Assembly (NCBI GenBank): GCA_050273025.1
Contig: CP158635.1
Coordinates: forward strand, 6,200,001-6,264,000
Source: Cenococcum geophilum
Lineage: Eukaryota
Reading direction: 5' to 3'
DNA: 64,000 nucleotides
The position numbers and the translations under genes were made by a program. The notes below the pieces were generated by a model, which did no database searches, had not been told where the DNA came from, and was given only the letters and a program-made list of their open reading frames with translations. Shown in pieces: positions 39,600-51,900 of this stretch; within the stretch, counting starts at the first letter, position 1, and each line of letters starts with the position of its first letter.

Positions 39600-40871
39600 G
39601 GTGGTTAAACGCGTAGTGTCTTAGTGCTTTAGCAGCTACTAGTTGCTTACACATAAAAGCTAGCTTAAGAGCGACTGCTATTAATAGGAACGCTAAAAAA
39701 GGCTCTACGGGAGATCGGCGTTCTTAAGAGCGGGATAAGGCAAAAAAATCCCATGGGTAGAAACCTAGAAATTAAGTATTAAAAGTGAACGACATAATAG
39801 TAGGGGAAAATGCATACGTAGCTACTATAGGAAAAGGGTTGAAGGAGCGTAGTATAGAAGGAAGGTTTCGTCGTGTAAGGGTAGTGCTTTTGGCAAAGGA
39901 TGAGGATAAAGGTAGGTGGTAGACGTCTATAGCTTCTTAAATAACGTTAGCCGCCGAGGGACGTTTGGGGAGCTTCTAGGTTTAGTAGGTAAATAAGGAA
40001 GACCCTACCGTCCTTGGCATGCTTAGTATATTGCAAAAGCGGCGATAGATATAGGTCTAAGCGAGGAGAAACAGCCTCCTAAAACGGGGGGAAGGAGCCT
40101 CCAAATCCGGCTGCGTCTTCCCCAATAATAAGATTCTAGTAGTTATAAAAAACCTATAGTTTTGCTTTAAGTATATTATATAGTTCTCCTTTAAACTTTT
40201 TTTTCTATCTAAATATACCTTTATTAGATTTATAACTTCTTATAGTAAGGGCTTACTAGTTAGCTAGGATAGAGAGGGTAAAGGTAGTAAAGGGGGTAGT
40301 AGAAGAGCACCTCTAGGTAGAAGAGCACCTTTTAGTAAAAGAGTACCTTTAGGTAGGGGATTAGTATTTTAGGGGTTTTAATATAAATTAAAGTTGCCTT
40401 CTAAAGAATATAGGTTAGTTTTAGGTTTTTATAGTTAATATATAATCTTAGCTTCCGTCTATACTAGTTCTTCTATACTAATAATAACAGCCTAAATATT
40501 GCTAGTAATTAGGTTACTATTCTTAGCAATATATACCCTATTTCTATAAAGAAAGTCTTAGAAATTCTAAATAATATTAATATTACTAAGTGCCTAAGTG
40601 TTGGCGGTCTATCCTATAAAATCCTCCCTAAAATATTTCTATAGTTATAAATTAGTATAGTATCTACTTTAGTAGAATAGAATATAGTATAGGAGAAAGC
40701 TATTAACTTATTTTGCGGTATAAGTTATTATATTAATAGTAAATTCGTCCTAATTTTTATTAATAAATTTTATATACGTAGCTACCCCTAGTAGTAAGGA
40801 GTCTTCCTAGTTATTTAAAGTAGGTATAGCTATATTTTTGGAGGAAGGGGAGTATTATTAGTTTAGGAATT

Positions 40872-41315
40872 TGTAACGTGGCCCGCCTCCACGTCGCCAT
40901 ACGGCCAAAAAGACTGAGAGTGCTTGCGAACTTGTCGCAAGCGCGGCGGGACCTAATATATATACTCTTATAATTGCCCTCTCCTCTGCGCGCTCGTCCC
41001 CGAGCGCTTGCAGGGATTCCTCTATACACCCATTCCGGGCCACAGGGATTAAACGCCAAGAGTATTACTATATTAGTTAGTCCCCAGTAATATAAGCAAT
41101 TGGACTTAGCTAACCTACCTTATCGCATAGATGCGTGTTAGACTGTATTAGAGTGAAGTAACTGATGGGGATTGAACCTATAATACCTGGCCCTAGTAAG
41201 TTCGCAAGCACAATTATAACGTGGCCCGCCTCCACGTCACCATACGGCTAAAAAGACTGAGAGTGCTTGCGAACTTGTTGTAAGCGCGGCGGGACCTAAT
41301 ATATATACTCTTATA
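40872..41315 (-). mobile_element. TRIM (miniature non-autonomous LTR element), 444 bp
   Basis: 101-bp direct repeats 40872-40972 and 41215-41315; TSD GAATT at 40867-40871 and 41316-41320; absent from copia copy 2 at ~56530; minus-strand purine tract AGAGGAGAGGG next to the left LTR. Confidence 0.93.
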
Positions 41316-41669
41316 GAATTGTTATTTAGTACGCATTTATAATATATATTTATTATTTAGTACGCGTTTATAACGTATATTTATAATTATAGGGCTTAAG
41401 ACTAGTTCTAGCCTTAAATTGTAAAGACTTAGAAAGCGTATTATTCTATATAATAGACGCAAGAATCTATAATCTTAAAAAGGCTTAGAACTAGTTCTAG
41501 CCTTTAAATCCTTAGATTTATAGAAGAGTTCTATTTAAGGTTTAGGACCAGTTTTAACCTTAAAAGATAGCTTCCTCTAGTATAAGTAGCACTAGTATAG
41601 TGGCTTATTTCTTCTTAGTGGAATACCTAGCTATTCTATAGTATAATAGTAAAGTTAATTACTAATTAG

Positions 41670-41887
41670 TATTAGTTATATAAGGTAATATTATATAGCT
41701 ACGGTTCGTAGATAGTATAATAATTATTATTCTATATATCTTAATAAGGGAGGGCGAGGAGCTTAAGGCTCCTCGCTACGCTAGTGCCGCGGCGACATAT
41801 AACGGCAACTTGCCGCATATAACGGCAACTTGCTATATATAACGGCAATATGCCTTATATAGTGAGCGCTTGCCTTTATTCCCAATA
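41670..41887 (-). repeat. 5' LTR of copia copy 1
   Basis: Direct repeat of 1265-1482. Confidence 0.92.
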
Positions 41888-42713
41888 CTAATAGTATTAA
41901 AAAGCTTTTAGCGGGCCCTAATATAAAGAACGCATAAGCGCTGCAAATATTAAGAAATTTAGAAAAAGACTATCTTAAGAAATGTTAAGTATAGTGTATA
42001 TACGCGAATAATATAATTAGGTTAAGAACAGAACAGTAGTCGATATAGTACTAAATTTTTTTAGTATTAATAGTGCTAGTATTCCACCATAGGTAAACGG
42101 CCCTTATGGTTATATTAAGAAAATATATACTAGCAGCAGCTACTAATAGATAGCCTAGACTAGTTTAATAAACAACTATACGTTAATTTGTAGTGTAATA
42201 GAAAAATTAATTTACTAAGCTATTATTTTATTTTACCTAACTAATAAACCTTACCTTTTAGTTCTTTAAAGATGGCGGACTTAGTGTCTTTAATAAGCTC
42301 TATGTATTCCTTAAGGTATTTTTTTAGTAAATATAATATTGCCTATAGACCTATACTATATCGGGAAAATATTCGCAGGATGAGATTCAAGTAGACTTTG
42401 GTTTTCGCGTTTCGCGTAATTGACATGCAATTTGACCAACTCGACACGCAATTGACCAACTTGACACGCAATTGACCAATTTGACATATCCAAAAGTCAA
42501 ATAACACGCAGTTGACCTATTTAACAACTTTAAAAGCTAACTATATATTCCTTAACACGTAGTTAACCTACTTAATAGCTAACTATATATTTCTTGACAC
42601 GCAGTTAACCTATTTAACAACTTTAAAAGCTAACTGTATATTCCTTAACATGCAATTAAGGTAAAGTTATATGCTAATTACGCAAATGAATTTTTACACG
42701 GTTTTATTACTTA

Positions 42714-43400
42714 GAGGCTCTGCACAAGGCTCTACACAAAGCTCTACACGAAGCTCTATACAAAGCTCTACACAAAGCTCTATACGAAGCTCTACACGAA
42801 GCTCTACACGAAGCTCTACGTACAGAGGCTCTGCACGAGGCTCTGCGCGAAGCTCTGCGCGAAGCTCTGCGTACGGAGGCTCTGCACGAAGCTCTGCACA
42901 AAGCTCTACACGAAGCTCTACACGAAGCTCTGCACGAAGCTCTGCACGAAGCTCTACACGAAGCTCTGCACGAAGCTCTGCACGAAGCTCTGCACGAAGC
43001 TCTGCACGAAGCTCTGCACGAAGCTCTACACGAAGCTCTGCACGAAGCTCTACGTAGAGGCTCTACACGAGGCTCTGCGCGAGGCTCTGCGTACGGAGGC
43101 TCTGCACGAAGCTCTACACGAAGCTCTACGTACAGAGGCTCTGCACGAGGCTCTGCGCGAGGCTCTGCGTACGGAGGCTCTGCACGAAGCTCTGCACGAA
43201 GCTCTGCACGAGGCTCTGCGCGAAGCTCTGCGTACGGAGGCTCTACACGAAGCCCTGCACGAGGCTCTGCGCGAAGCTCTGCATACGGAGGCTCTACACG
43301 AAGCTCTACACGAAGCTCTATACGAAGCTCTACGTACAAAGGCTCTGCACAAGGCTCTGCGCGAAGCTCTGCGTACGGAGGCTCTACACGAAGCTCTGCA
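42714..43400. repeat. 12-bp minisatellite (GAAGCTCTGCAC)n with interspersed longer variants
   Basis: ~50 copies, directly visible. Confidence 0.97.
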
Positions 43401-43529
43401 TCGGGTCCCCGCTATATTCCCAATAGCGTCTACACGTGTCTCTACCTATGTAGCCGCCTTATTTTTTTTACCCTTCCTTCCTTCCTTACATCCTCCCTAC
43501 CTAGGGAGGCACTAGAACGGCAGCCAGCA

Positions 43530-43780
43530 GAGGACCGTTGCTAGAACTAGATGACTATCGCTAGAACTAAACGACCGTTACTAGAACCAGACGACCGTCG
43601 CCAGAGCCAGACGACCGTCGCTAGAGCTAGACGACCGTCGCCAGAACCAGACGACCGTCTCCAGAGTCAGACGACTGTCGCCAAAACCAGACGACCGTCG
43701 CCAGAACCAGACGACTGTCGCCAGAGCCAGACGACCGTCGCTAGAACTAGACGACTGTCGCCAGAGCCAGACGACAACGA
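43530..43780. repeat. 20-bp minisatellite (CAGACGACCGTCGCCAGAAC)n
   Basis: ~12 copies, directly visible. Confidence 0.95.
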
Positions 43781-43859
43781 CTAGCCAGCGAACACTATAA
43801 ACGATTTGATCGATTGATCGAATTAAGGTAGCATAGACAGGTAGGCACAAACAGGGAGA

Positions 43860-44106
43860 TGCTGACGGGTAGGTAGATGTAGATAGGTAGGTAGATATAG
43901 ATAGGTAAACAGATGTAGATAGGTAAGCAGATGCAGATAGGTAGGTAGATGCTGACGGGTAGGTAGATATAGATAGGTAGGTAGATGCAAATAGGTAGGC
44001 GATGCAGATAGGTAGGCAATGTAGACAGGTAGGCAATGCAGATAGGTAGGCGATGTAGGCAGGTAGGTAGATAGGTAGGTAGGTAAGTCAATAGGTAAAT
44101 AGGTAG
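43860..44106. repeat. low-complexity (GTAG/ATAG) repeat
   Basis: Directly visible. Confidence 0.9.
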
Positions 44107-46519
44107 AAGAGAACCATCGCTATATTATATTAAATTATCTAAAATAATATTATTAATTTTGCTAGCCTTATAAATAGCTTTAAAATAGCTTTTATTTATT
44201 TAAAATATGCTATTAGTATAAAAGAGGTAAATATAATTATGGTTGCCAAATGCGCAGATTGCTGGCAGGTTGCGCGCAGGCTGCGTGTTAAAAAAACACG
44301 ATATAGGCTAGTCGGTCGAGTTGCCAAATGACCTTAACTGCGCGCCAATTGCGTCAACCACCAGCCATTGAGGCCATTGAAAGGGTACCATATTTTGCCG
44401 ATGTAGTATTAGCTCTAGTTTATATAAGTACGCCTTTAATATATAACGCAATATCTATTATCTTTATTATAATAGTAGATATATATATTTTTAAAGTACG
44501 TATAAAGCCAAAGATATCCTGGCCTATATACTTAAATATAGCCTAGTTATAAGCACCTAATTAAGCCGCCTAACTGATCTGTTTATTAAGCTCTTTATAA
44601 TACTTACTATAACTTTATAAAGGGAGCTCTAGTGCTATAAATTTGGCATTTATTATAGTTAATATCTAGGTAAGCTTTTTTTAATGCCATGTTAAGGGTT
44701 TTAAGCGGTTCTATAAGTTTAGGTATAGGGCTTTTACTTAAAAGGCCTCTAGTTATAAGGTATAGCGATTAACTTAACTAAAGAGTAGATGTTACTAGGT
44801 CTGCTAGATTAGAAGTATTTTTTATTAAACCTATTATTTTATCGCTTATTATATATTAACATAGGGTATAACTTACTAGATTTACCGCGTTAAGCTATAT
44901 ATATAAAGCACGCTTTTATCTTTAGTTATTATATTATTTAGGCTAGATCGCTGTAAGAATAAGTTATACTAAATATAAAGATAGTAAGTATAGAAGCCGC
45001 AAGAATAGCTAGTGGGGTTAAGTAGGGTTATAGTATAGATTTATGCCTATTAAAAGTGAATAGGAATATATATATATAGTATAAACAACATTCTATAGGC
45101 TAGATAATTAAAAGATAGAGCTATCCTAAGAATGCTATAGCTATAGTATAAATAGACCTTCTATATACTACTAAGTTGCGATAATAATTAAGCAGCTTTA
45201 GGAAGTAATGCCGAAATATAAAGTAGTAGAAGAGTTTATAAAGACGTAGGTTATATAATTGTGTTTTTTAGGTATAGCTATAGCAAAAACTTATTTAGTA
45301 GATATAAAGTAAAAAATATATTATAACTACCTATATGCCATATAAATAATTAAGAGCTCCTTTTATAGCCTATCCTAAGTTAGCCTAATTAGAAAGCCTA
45401 CTAGGCTTTACTCTATTATGGCTTAAGGCTGGTATATACTAAGGGTCTTACTACTCTTTATTATAAAAGGTTTTAAAAGTTATAAATTATACCAACTTGA
45501 AACCTAAATTAGTACTCTTTACTAACGTAATACTTTAATAATAATAAGGCGTAAGCCTAAATATATAATTACTATTACCTAAGTAATCTAGTTAGCTATT
45601 CCCTTAATTTTAGTCATAAAGTGCCTTTTATTATTCTTTGAAAGATTAAAGGAAGTTAGTATTATAAGTAATACTATTCTTCTAACTTAAACAAATCGCT
45701 AGATAAACCAGCGTGGTCTAAATAGGCATGTTTAAATAAGAGGATCCTTACGTAAAACTATTATATAATAGAGCATTATATAACTAAGCGCCCCTTATAG
45801 CTAGGCGTTCCCCTTTATTAATAGTTCTTTTAATCCACTCGTAGGTTTCTTAAAACTGCATAGTATGTTAAAACTATTATCCCGCGTTATTTAAGTAGTA
45901 TATCTTAGCTTAATCGGCTGTAATCTAGATTAACGCTTTAAGACACTTTAAGAACGACGAAGAAAGGAAGGTTGTAAGCTGTAATGCTATTGTACTAAGT
46001 TTAGACTTTCTCTATAACTTTATGGCTAGCATTATAAATAGGATTGTGGTAGTTTTAATAAGGGTCGTCTAGGCTAGTAATAAAACGCCTAAGACCAACG
46101 GCCAATAGCGGAAGGAAAAACCTCAAAAGTAGGATGCTTTAAGGCATTATATAATAAATTCACTATTGCTAAAGTAAGAGACGTCTATAAGGAGATTATT
46201 TACGTAATTAGTGCATTTATAAATCTCCTAAGTTAGGGAGATACGGCCACTTTAACGTATTTTTACCTTTTTTAGGTATAAATCTAGACATTTTAATTAG
46301 CGTAATTAATACGCGCTTTTAACCAGATGCGCTAGGGTGGTATATATACATATATACGTTTTTATAGCGTGCACTTTAAAAGTCTTTTAAAAAGGATATA
46401 TTACTAATAAGTAAGGCTAGTTTAGGTGCCTGTAATATAGCACCTAACACTTAATTAAATTTGGTTTAGTAGATAATAAACCCTAGTTTAAAGCGAGTAG
46501 CTATAAAAAGCTAGCACTT

Positions 46520-46780
46520 AGTGTACCTATAATATTAATAAGTACCTATAAGTAGGAGTACTCCTAATAGTAAGGAGTACCTATAATAATAAGGAGTACC
46601 TACAATAATAAGGAGTACTTATACTAATAAGGAGCACCTATAATAATAAGTACCTACAATAAAGGGGAGTACCTATAAGTGGTAGTGCCTATAGTAATAG
46701 GGAGTACCTATAATATTAGAGTGTACCTACAATGGTAGTTACTTATAATAGTTAGGAGTAATGGGGAGTGCCTATAGCAA
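46520..46780. repeat. ~19-21 bp tandem array (GGAGTACCTATAATAATAA)
   Basis: ~12 degenerate copies. Confidence 0.85.
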
Positions 46781-48601
46781 TATGCCTTTAGCCGGTTTTT
46801 AGTGGCTATCTCTAAATAGTTAGTATTTAGCTTATAGATTTCGCGAGAAAATATACTATTTAATTAGTATTTATATCGCTTTATTTTTATAAATTTGAAA
46901 ATAGATACTTTAATTATAATGTAACTCTTGGTTAAGTTATAGTAATTACTAGAGATCTCTATAATAGTCTTTACTATAATTAATTTTGGGCCATTTTAAG
47001 AAGAAATATCTCTTAGGATGCTTTAACTAAACCTATATTATACTAGTCCAGTCTTAGCAAATAATTACCTAGCTTATATAATAGTTCTCCACCTTTATAT
47101 GCTTAGTAGCATAAGTTAGGCCAGTTTATAACTCGTTTAATCCTCTATAAAGAAAAGACTTATTACTTTTTAATCTGGATATCTTAGAATTAGCCTTTAT
47201 TAGCCTACCCTCTTTAACCTAGTTAAAATATACTAGCGTTTTCTTAACTGGTATAGGATAAAACTTTTCCTTTAAAGTATTTAGTAGTTTATATAGTAAT
47301 AATAGAAGAGGACCTACTAGATTTTGTAGGTTTAGAGGCTATAAAGGTTAATCTATAGACGTATAGGTATAAAATCGACCGTTGCGCCATATTAGGATAT
47401 AGAAATCTATATTATAGTCTTGCTTTAATCTATTAGCCTTTTATAAAAAGGTCTCCTTTTACTTTTAAAAATTCTTATTTATAGCTCGCTTTAACCTTAG
47501 TAGTGACCTTTACTTTAAATATATTACTATAGTACTAGATAATTAATGGCCTACTAGCGTTTTGTAGGGTAACTAGGGTATAAGTTAGCTCTAAATTGCA
47601 TATTAATAAGGTGGGAATGTTAAAAATAAATATAGAATTTACCCCTTAATATTGGCCTAAGCTTTAACTAAAAATAAGATCTTATTTTAAGAACTAGATC
47701 TAATTTTAAAAACTATATTCTAATTCTAAAGGCTATATCCTAATTCTAGATCCTAAACGTACTAAACGTAACTAAAAAGATATAGTATTGAGCTAATCGG
47801 ATAATTTTTAGTTCTAGCTTAATTACGATCCTAAAAACTAGATTTAATTCTAGAAACTAAATCCTAATTTCAGCTTTAGGATATAGGCTAATTAACTATT
47901 ATAAAAAGGGCGTAATTCTAAAAACTAGATCTGGTTCTAGAAATAGGATCTAGTTTTTAGGAAAAAGGTCAATTAACTACTGTAAAAAGAGGTTTCCTAT
48001 ATCTGTATTTGGTATATTAGGTTTAGCTTATTTTAGAATTAGCTACGTAATTAATTATAGGCGTGTATATAACTAACCCAACAATTAACCTATTTTTATA
48101 GCTACACCTTACCTAGCGCCTTCAGCATTACTATATTAAAGCCTCGCTTTATTTAAGCCTTATATATTATGGAATAAACTAAAGCTAATAATTATAATTA
48201 GTTATAGACTAATAAATACTGCCTATAGCTTTCTAATAATACTAAAATCCTATATACGTACTACGTTTTAGCCTATATAACTAGAGACTGCAAACAGTGT
48301 CCCTATACTTTAGGTTATTATAGCTTAGTATTTAACTAAGCCCTGTGAAGCCTCAGTCTAAGCTGTATTAGATTAGCTTAACTTTTCCACACCTAATCTT
48401 TAATCCTTATATTTTTGCTTATACCTTACTTTCTTCCTTATACTTTTCTTCTTCATTATATCCTTATTTTAAGACGCGCCTAATATATCCTTAACCTCTC
48501 TACACTTATTTACTTCTCTACTATTATACTATCTATTATATCCTAGCCTCTTTAATATCCCCTCCTTGCCTACCTACTCGCTTACTATATCGGCCCTCCT
48601 A

Positions 48602-51007
48602 ATATAGCTTTTAGCGCATTCGCCCGCGACAGCAAATCTTTTTAAATTAGAGATAATTAAAACAAAACCTATTAAGGAAGGGCTAGATAACTTCCGTAAT
48701 TTATTTAACTTAACTTATTAAGATCTAGGCATCCCTAGCTCTTTAGACTTATTATACTAGATAGGCGATAAAGGTATTATTAATTCGTCTATTATAAGTC
48801 CCCTCTAATACGCATAGGGCTTAAAAATCTTATTATTAACCTTATCCTAGCATTATAGAACCTTCCTACTGCTCGACTACTGCTATTTAGCGCTAGCTAT
48901 AGCAATCTTCTCTATAACCTTATCCGACTTAGCTTCTTAGTTAATTCTATTAACTTTAATATTAAACAGTTTACCTCTCTCCTAAAAATAGTTCTTAATC
49001 GCGAATCTAATAAGGACGTTTGGAGTAATACTATCGCCACTATAATAGAGTCTACGCCTCCTTTCCAACCGCTGCCATTCTATATTTAATAAACCCTATA
49101 TTAACGTAATATAAGCAGCTTTATTAACTTGTCTAAATATAGGAAATATATGGATAATATTCTAAAGGAGGAGCTAGGCCCTCTTTATGTGGGGATTCCT
49201 AGCTTATATAAAGTATTCTTTAGGGAAGTAGAAGGTCTTAAAGAGGTAAGCGTTGCCGTTTTTAAGAAATGTAAGGAAGGGGATAATTTACTATACGCTA
49301 AGGGCGGCTAGCGTAACTGGTCTAGATACGTAAAAGAACGTATAGTCCTAGAGTGGTTTAATAAGCTAATTATATTATTTTTAGACTTTATAAAGGAGTA
49401 TAGGTTTATTTTAAAGGTATAATAAAGATTAGTAGAGTATACTTAGCAGCCCTTATAAGGATTTACAGCTGACTAAAAGCTAGATATCGGCTTTATAGAT
49501 GATTTAATAGCCGGCGAAAGCTTCTAATGCTATTAGTTGTATATACTTATACTAGGAGCTAAAGAGTAACCTAAATACTAATATAGCCTTATAAGCATGG
49601 TTTAATTTAGGGAAATATATAAGGAAAGTATTTGCCGCTTAGGATAGTTATTACTTTATTTTAAGCTTTACCTTCTATAGATCTATTATATAGTTATAGA
49701 AGTATAACTAGGTAGGAGGCATTGTATTATTACTATTAAATATTAATAAAGACGGACTATAATTTACCTTAGTAACGTTGGGATTTCTCTAAATAAATAA
49801 GGAGTAGCTTAGGTTCGACCCTACTATTTTAATATTAGATAGTAAACGGTATATTAAAATTGTATATAACAACCAGACTGAGCATCTTATTCTTAATAAA
49901 CTTATAAAGCGGGCACGCTATATTGCTAGTTAAGTAACTACTTACTGGAAAGTATACTGTAAGGGGACACCTAAGATACTCCTTATTATTAAAGATTTGT
50001 AGTAATACCTAGAGCGTAAGGAAGAAGGTAAACTGCTATATAAGATATTAGAGAAGGGAGTGGTCAACGTAGCTAGGTACTATTACTATAAAACTATTTG
50101 CGTAAGTGGACAAGATAATAATATCTTTAATATCCGTAAGGGGCTGGATATTATAAAGGTAATAAACTATAAGCTAAAAGGCTTAATAATGCCTTTAAGA
50201 CTAGCTAGAGTGCAAGGGAGTATAAAAAAAGGTTAAAGTTTTAGCAGAAAGAGGTCTTCTAGCTATAGCGCCTTATTACCGCCTAGTAAGCGCCTATATT
50301 TAACCTCTTTAACTAAGCGCCCTATTATATAGAATCGCGTATACTAATATATTATTACTAGTAACTATAGGAAGCCTCTTTATAAGGTAAGCTTTTGGGC
50401 TATAATAATTACTACACTAAAGGGTGGTATTAAAGGATATAAGTCTTTATATACGTAAGCTGGCATTATCTAATATAACATTTTAATAGGCAACCTTATA
50501 ATAAATAAGAAAGACAATAATCCTTCTTAGCTGGCATTCTTAATTAACTTTAATTTCGCGATTAAAGAGAAGTAAGAAAGACCTTTAGGAGTATAGGGTA
50601 AGATAGGTATAAGAGCGTTTATAGCTATAGGAGTGCTTCTAGGCAAGAAATACCCCTTTAAGTATAATTTAGAGTTGTTCTTTTAGGTGCTTTTCTAGAT
50701 ATACGTATACTATAATAGGCTAGGTAAAGATATCGGTCTAACTAAGTTTAAGCGTTAGAACTATAAGAATACTACTAAATTAGCTAAGTTAAAATTGGGG
50801 CTAGTAAATAGGGAAGGGCATTTTCTTAACCGTATAGTTAAGGCATTTATACCTTACTACTAGCCGCTAGTCCTATGGGTTAATAAGCCGTAAAAGGTGG
50901 TTTTCTTAATAGATAGTAGATAGGAGAAGGAAGATAGGGGGCTTTATTCTTAGATAAAAGAGATTTTTTATTAAGCATAGAAGGATCTAAAGGTGCTAGT
51001 AGAGTAG
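48602..51007 (+). pseudogene. FunK1 protein kinase, copy B
   Basis: Inverted homologue of 16538-18963; includes ORF 49129-49311 (ILKEELGPLYVGIP); same kinase motifs. Confidence 0.9.
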
Positions 51008-51299
51008 ATAGAATAATATTTTATTTTCCTATATTCTTCTACCGCATAAGTTAAAGTTTTGCAGAGATTTAGGCGGTTAAGGCTAGGTAGTAGCTTTGGT
51101 TAAAACGTATATAAAATAGTGGAGGGTAAGTCGCCTAGGCTAAATAAACCTAAGAAAGCGGATAACCTAATCTTCCGCTAGATATTAGGTTCCCAATACC
51201 CTACTATTCTATATAGGCTTTATATTTCTATAAAATATACAATTTACTCCCTAGCCTATTAGAAGCCGCCTTATACCGCCTAAATAGAGGCTGTAAGAG

Positions 51300-51900
51300 A
51301 ATTAATCCCCTACTCTAGCCAATCCCCTACTTAAATAAGTCCCTTACTTAAATAAATCCCCTATAGGAGCTAATGCCTATATATTTTGCCACCTTATAGG
51401 AACTAGTCCCCTACTTTAATAAATCCCCTATATTAATAAATCCCCTACGCTAATAAATCCCATATTTTAATAAATCCCCTACTTTAATAAATCCCTTCCT
51501 TTAATGAATCCCCTATAGGTACTAATGCCTATATATTCCACCGCCTTATAAAAACTACTCCCCTATAGCTTATATTTATATATAGCTTTTACTCCCTTAT
51601 AAGAACTATAAGCTACCTTTTTTACTTCTATACGGAAATAAATCCCTTATAAATTACGTTCCTGTATATAATAACTATATCTTTTACTGCCCTATAAGAA
51701 CTATACCTATAGCTTCTATTTATATACGGCTTTTACTCTCCTATAGAAACTAATAGTAATATCTTCTACTTCCCTATAGAAACTAATACCCGTATCCTCC
51801 GTCCTCTTATAGCTTTTAATTCCCTATAGGAACTAATACTAATGTTTTTTACTTCCCTATGGGACCTAATTCCTTACAGCTTCTATTCTCCTATTTCTAG
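51300..51900. repeat. tandem array (TCCCCTA core), reverse complement of 15310-16112
   Basis: Directly visible. Confidence 0.9.

Larger units (their letters stand above)
5468..40136 (-). mobile_element. Starship-like giant cargo-carrying element (RIP-inactivated)
   Basis: DUF3435 captain ~540 bp from the right junction; Myb/SANT gene near the opposite end in opposite orientation; gene-dense cargo; bounded on both sides by halves of one copia element. Confidence 0.8.
1265..41887 (-). mobile_element. Ty1/copia LTR retrotransposon copy 1, RIP-degraded, split into 1265-5467 (3' LTR, pol) and 40137-41887 (gag 5' part, 5' LTR)
   Basis: 218-bp LTRs at 1265-1482 and 41670-41887; matching 5-bp TSD CTAAT at 1260-1264 and 41888-41892; both halves are reverse-complement homologues of the uninterrupted copy at 55686-62055. 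Confidence 0.9.
42354..44408. mobile_element. non-autonomous CACTA (En/Spm)-like DNA element
   Basis: TIRs TACTATATCGGGAAAATAT ... ATATTTTGCCGATGTAGTA (CACTACATCGG after RIP reversal); 3-bp flanks CTA/TTA; subterminal TTGACCAA/TTGACACGCAA repeats at 42415-42660; no transposase. Confidence 0.75.

Noticed and set aside
1265..41887. A single 40-kb giant LTR retroelement that captured genes
   Set aside because: Cargo keeps introns on both strands and has its own recombinase; a DNA-level insertion into an ordinary ~6 kb copia explains it better
42671..44091. Long ORFs in the ORF track (RASCRASC..., SARSSARS..., PEPDDR..., YLPIYI...)
   Set aside because: They are translations of minisatellites open in several frames on both strands; no evidence of real genes
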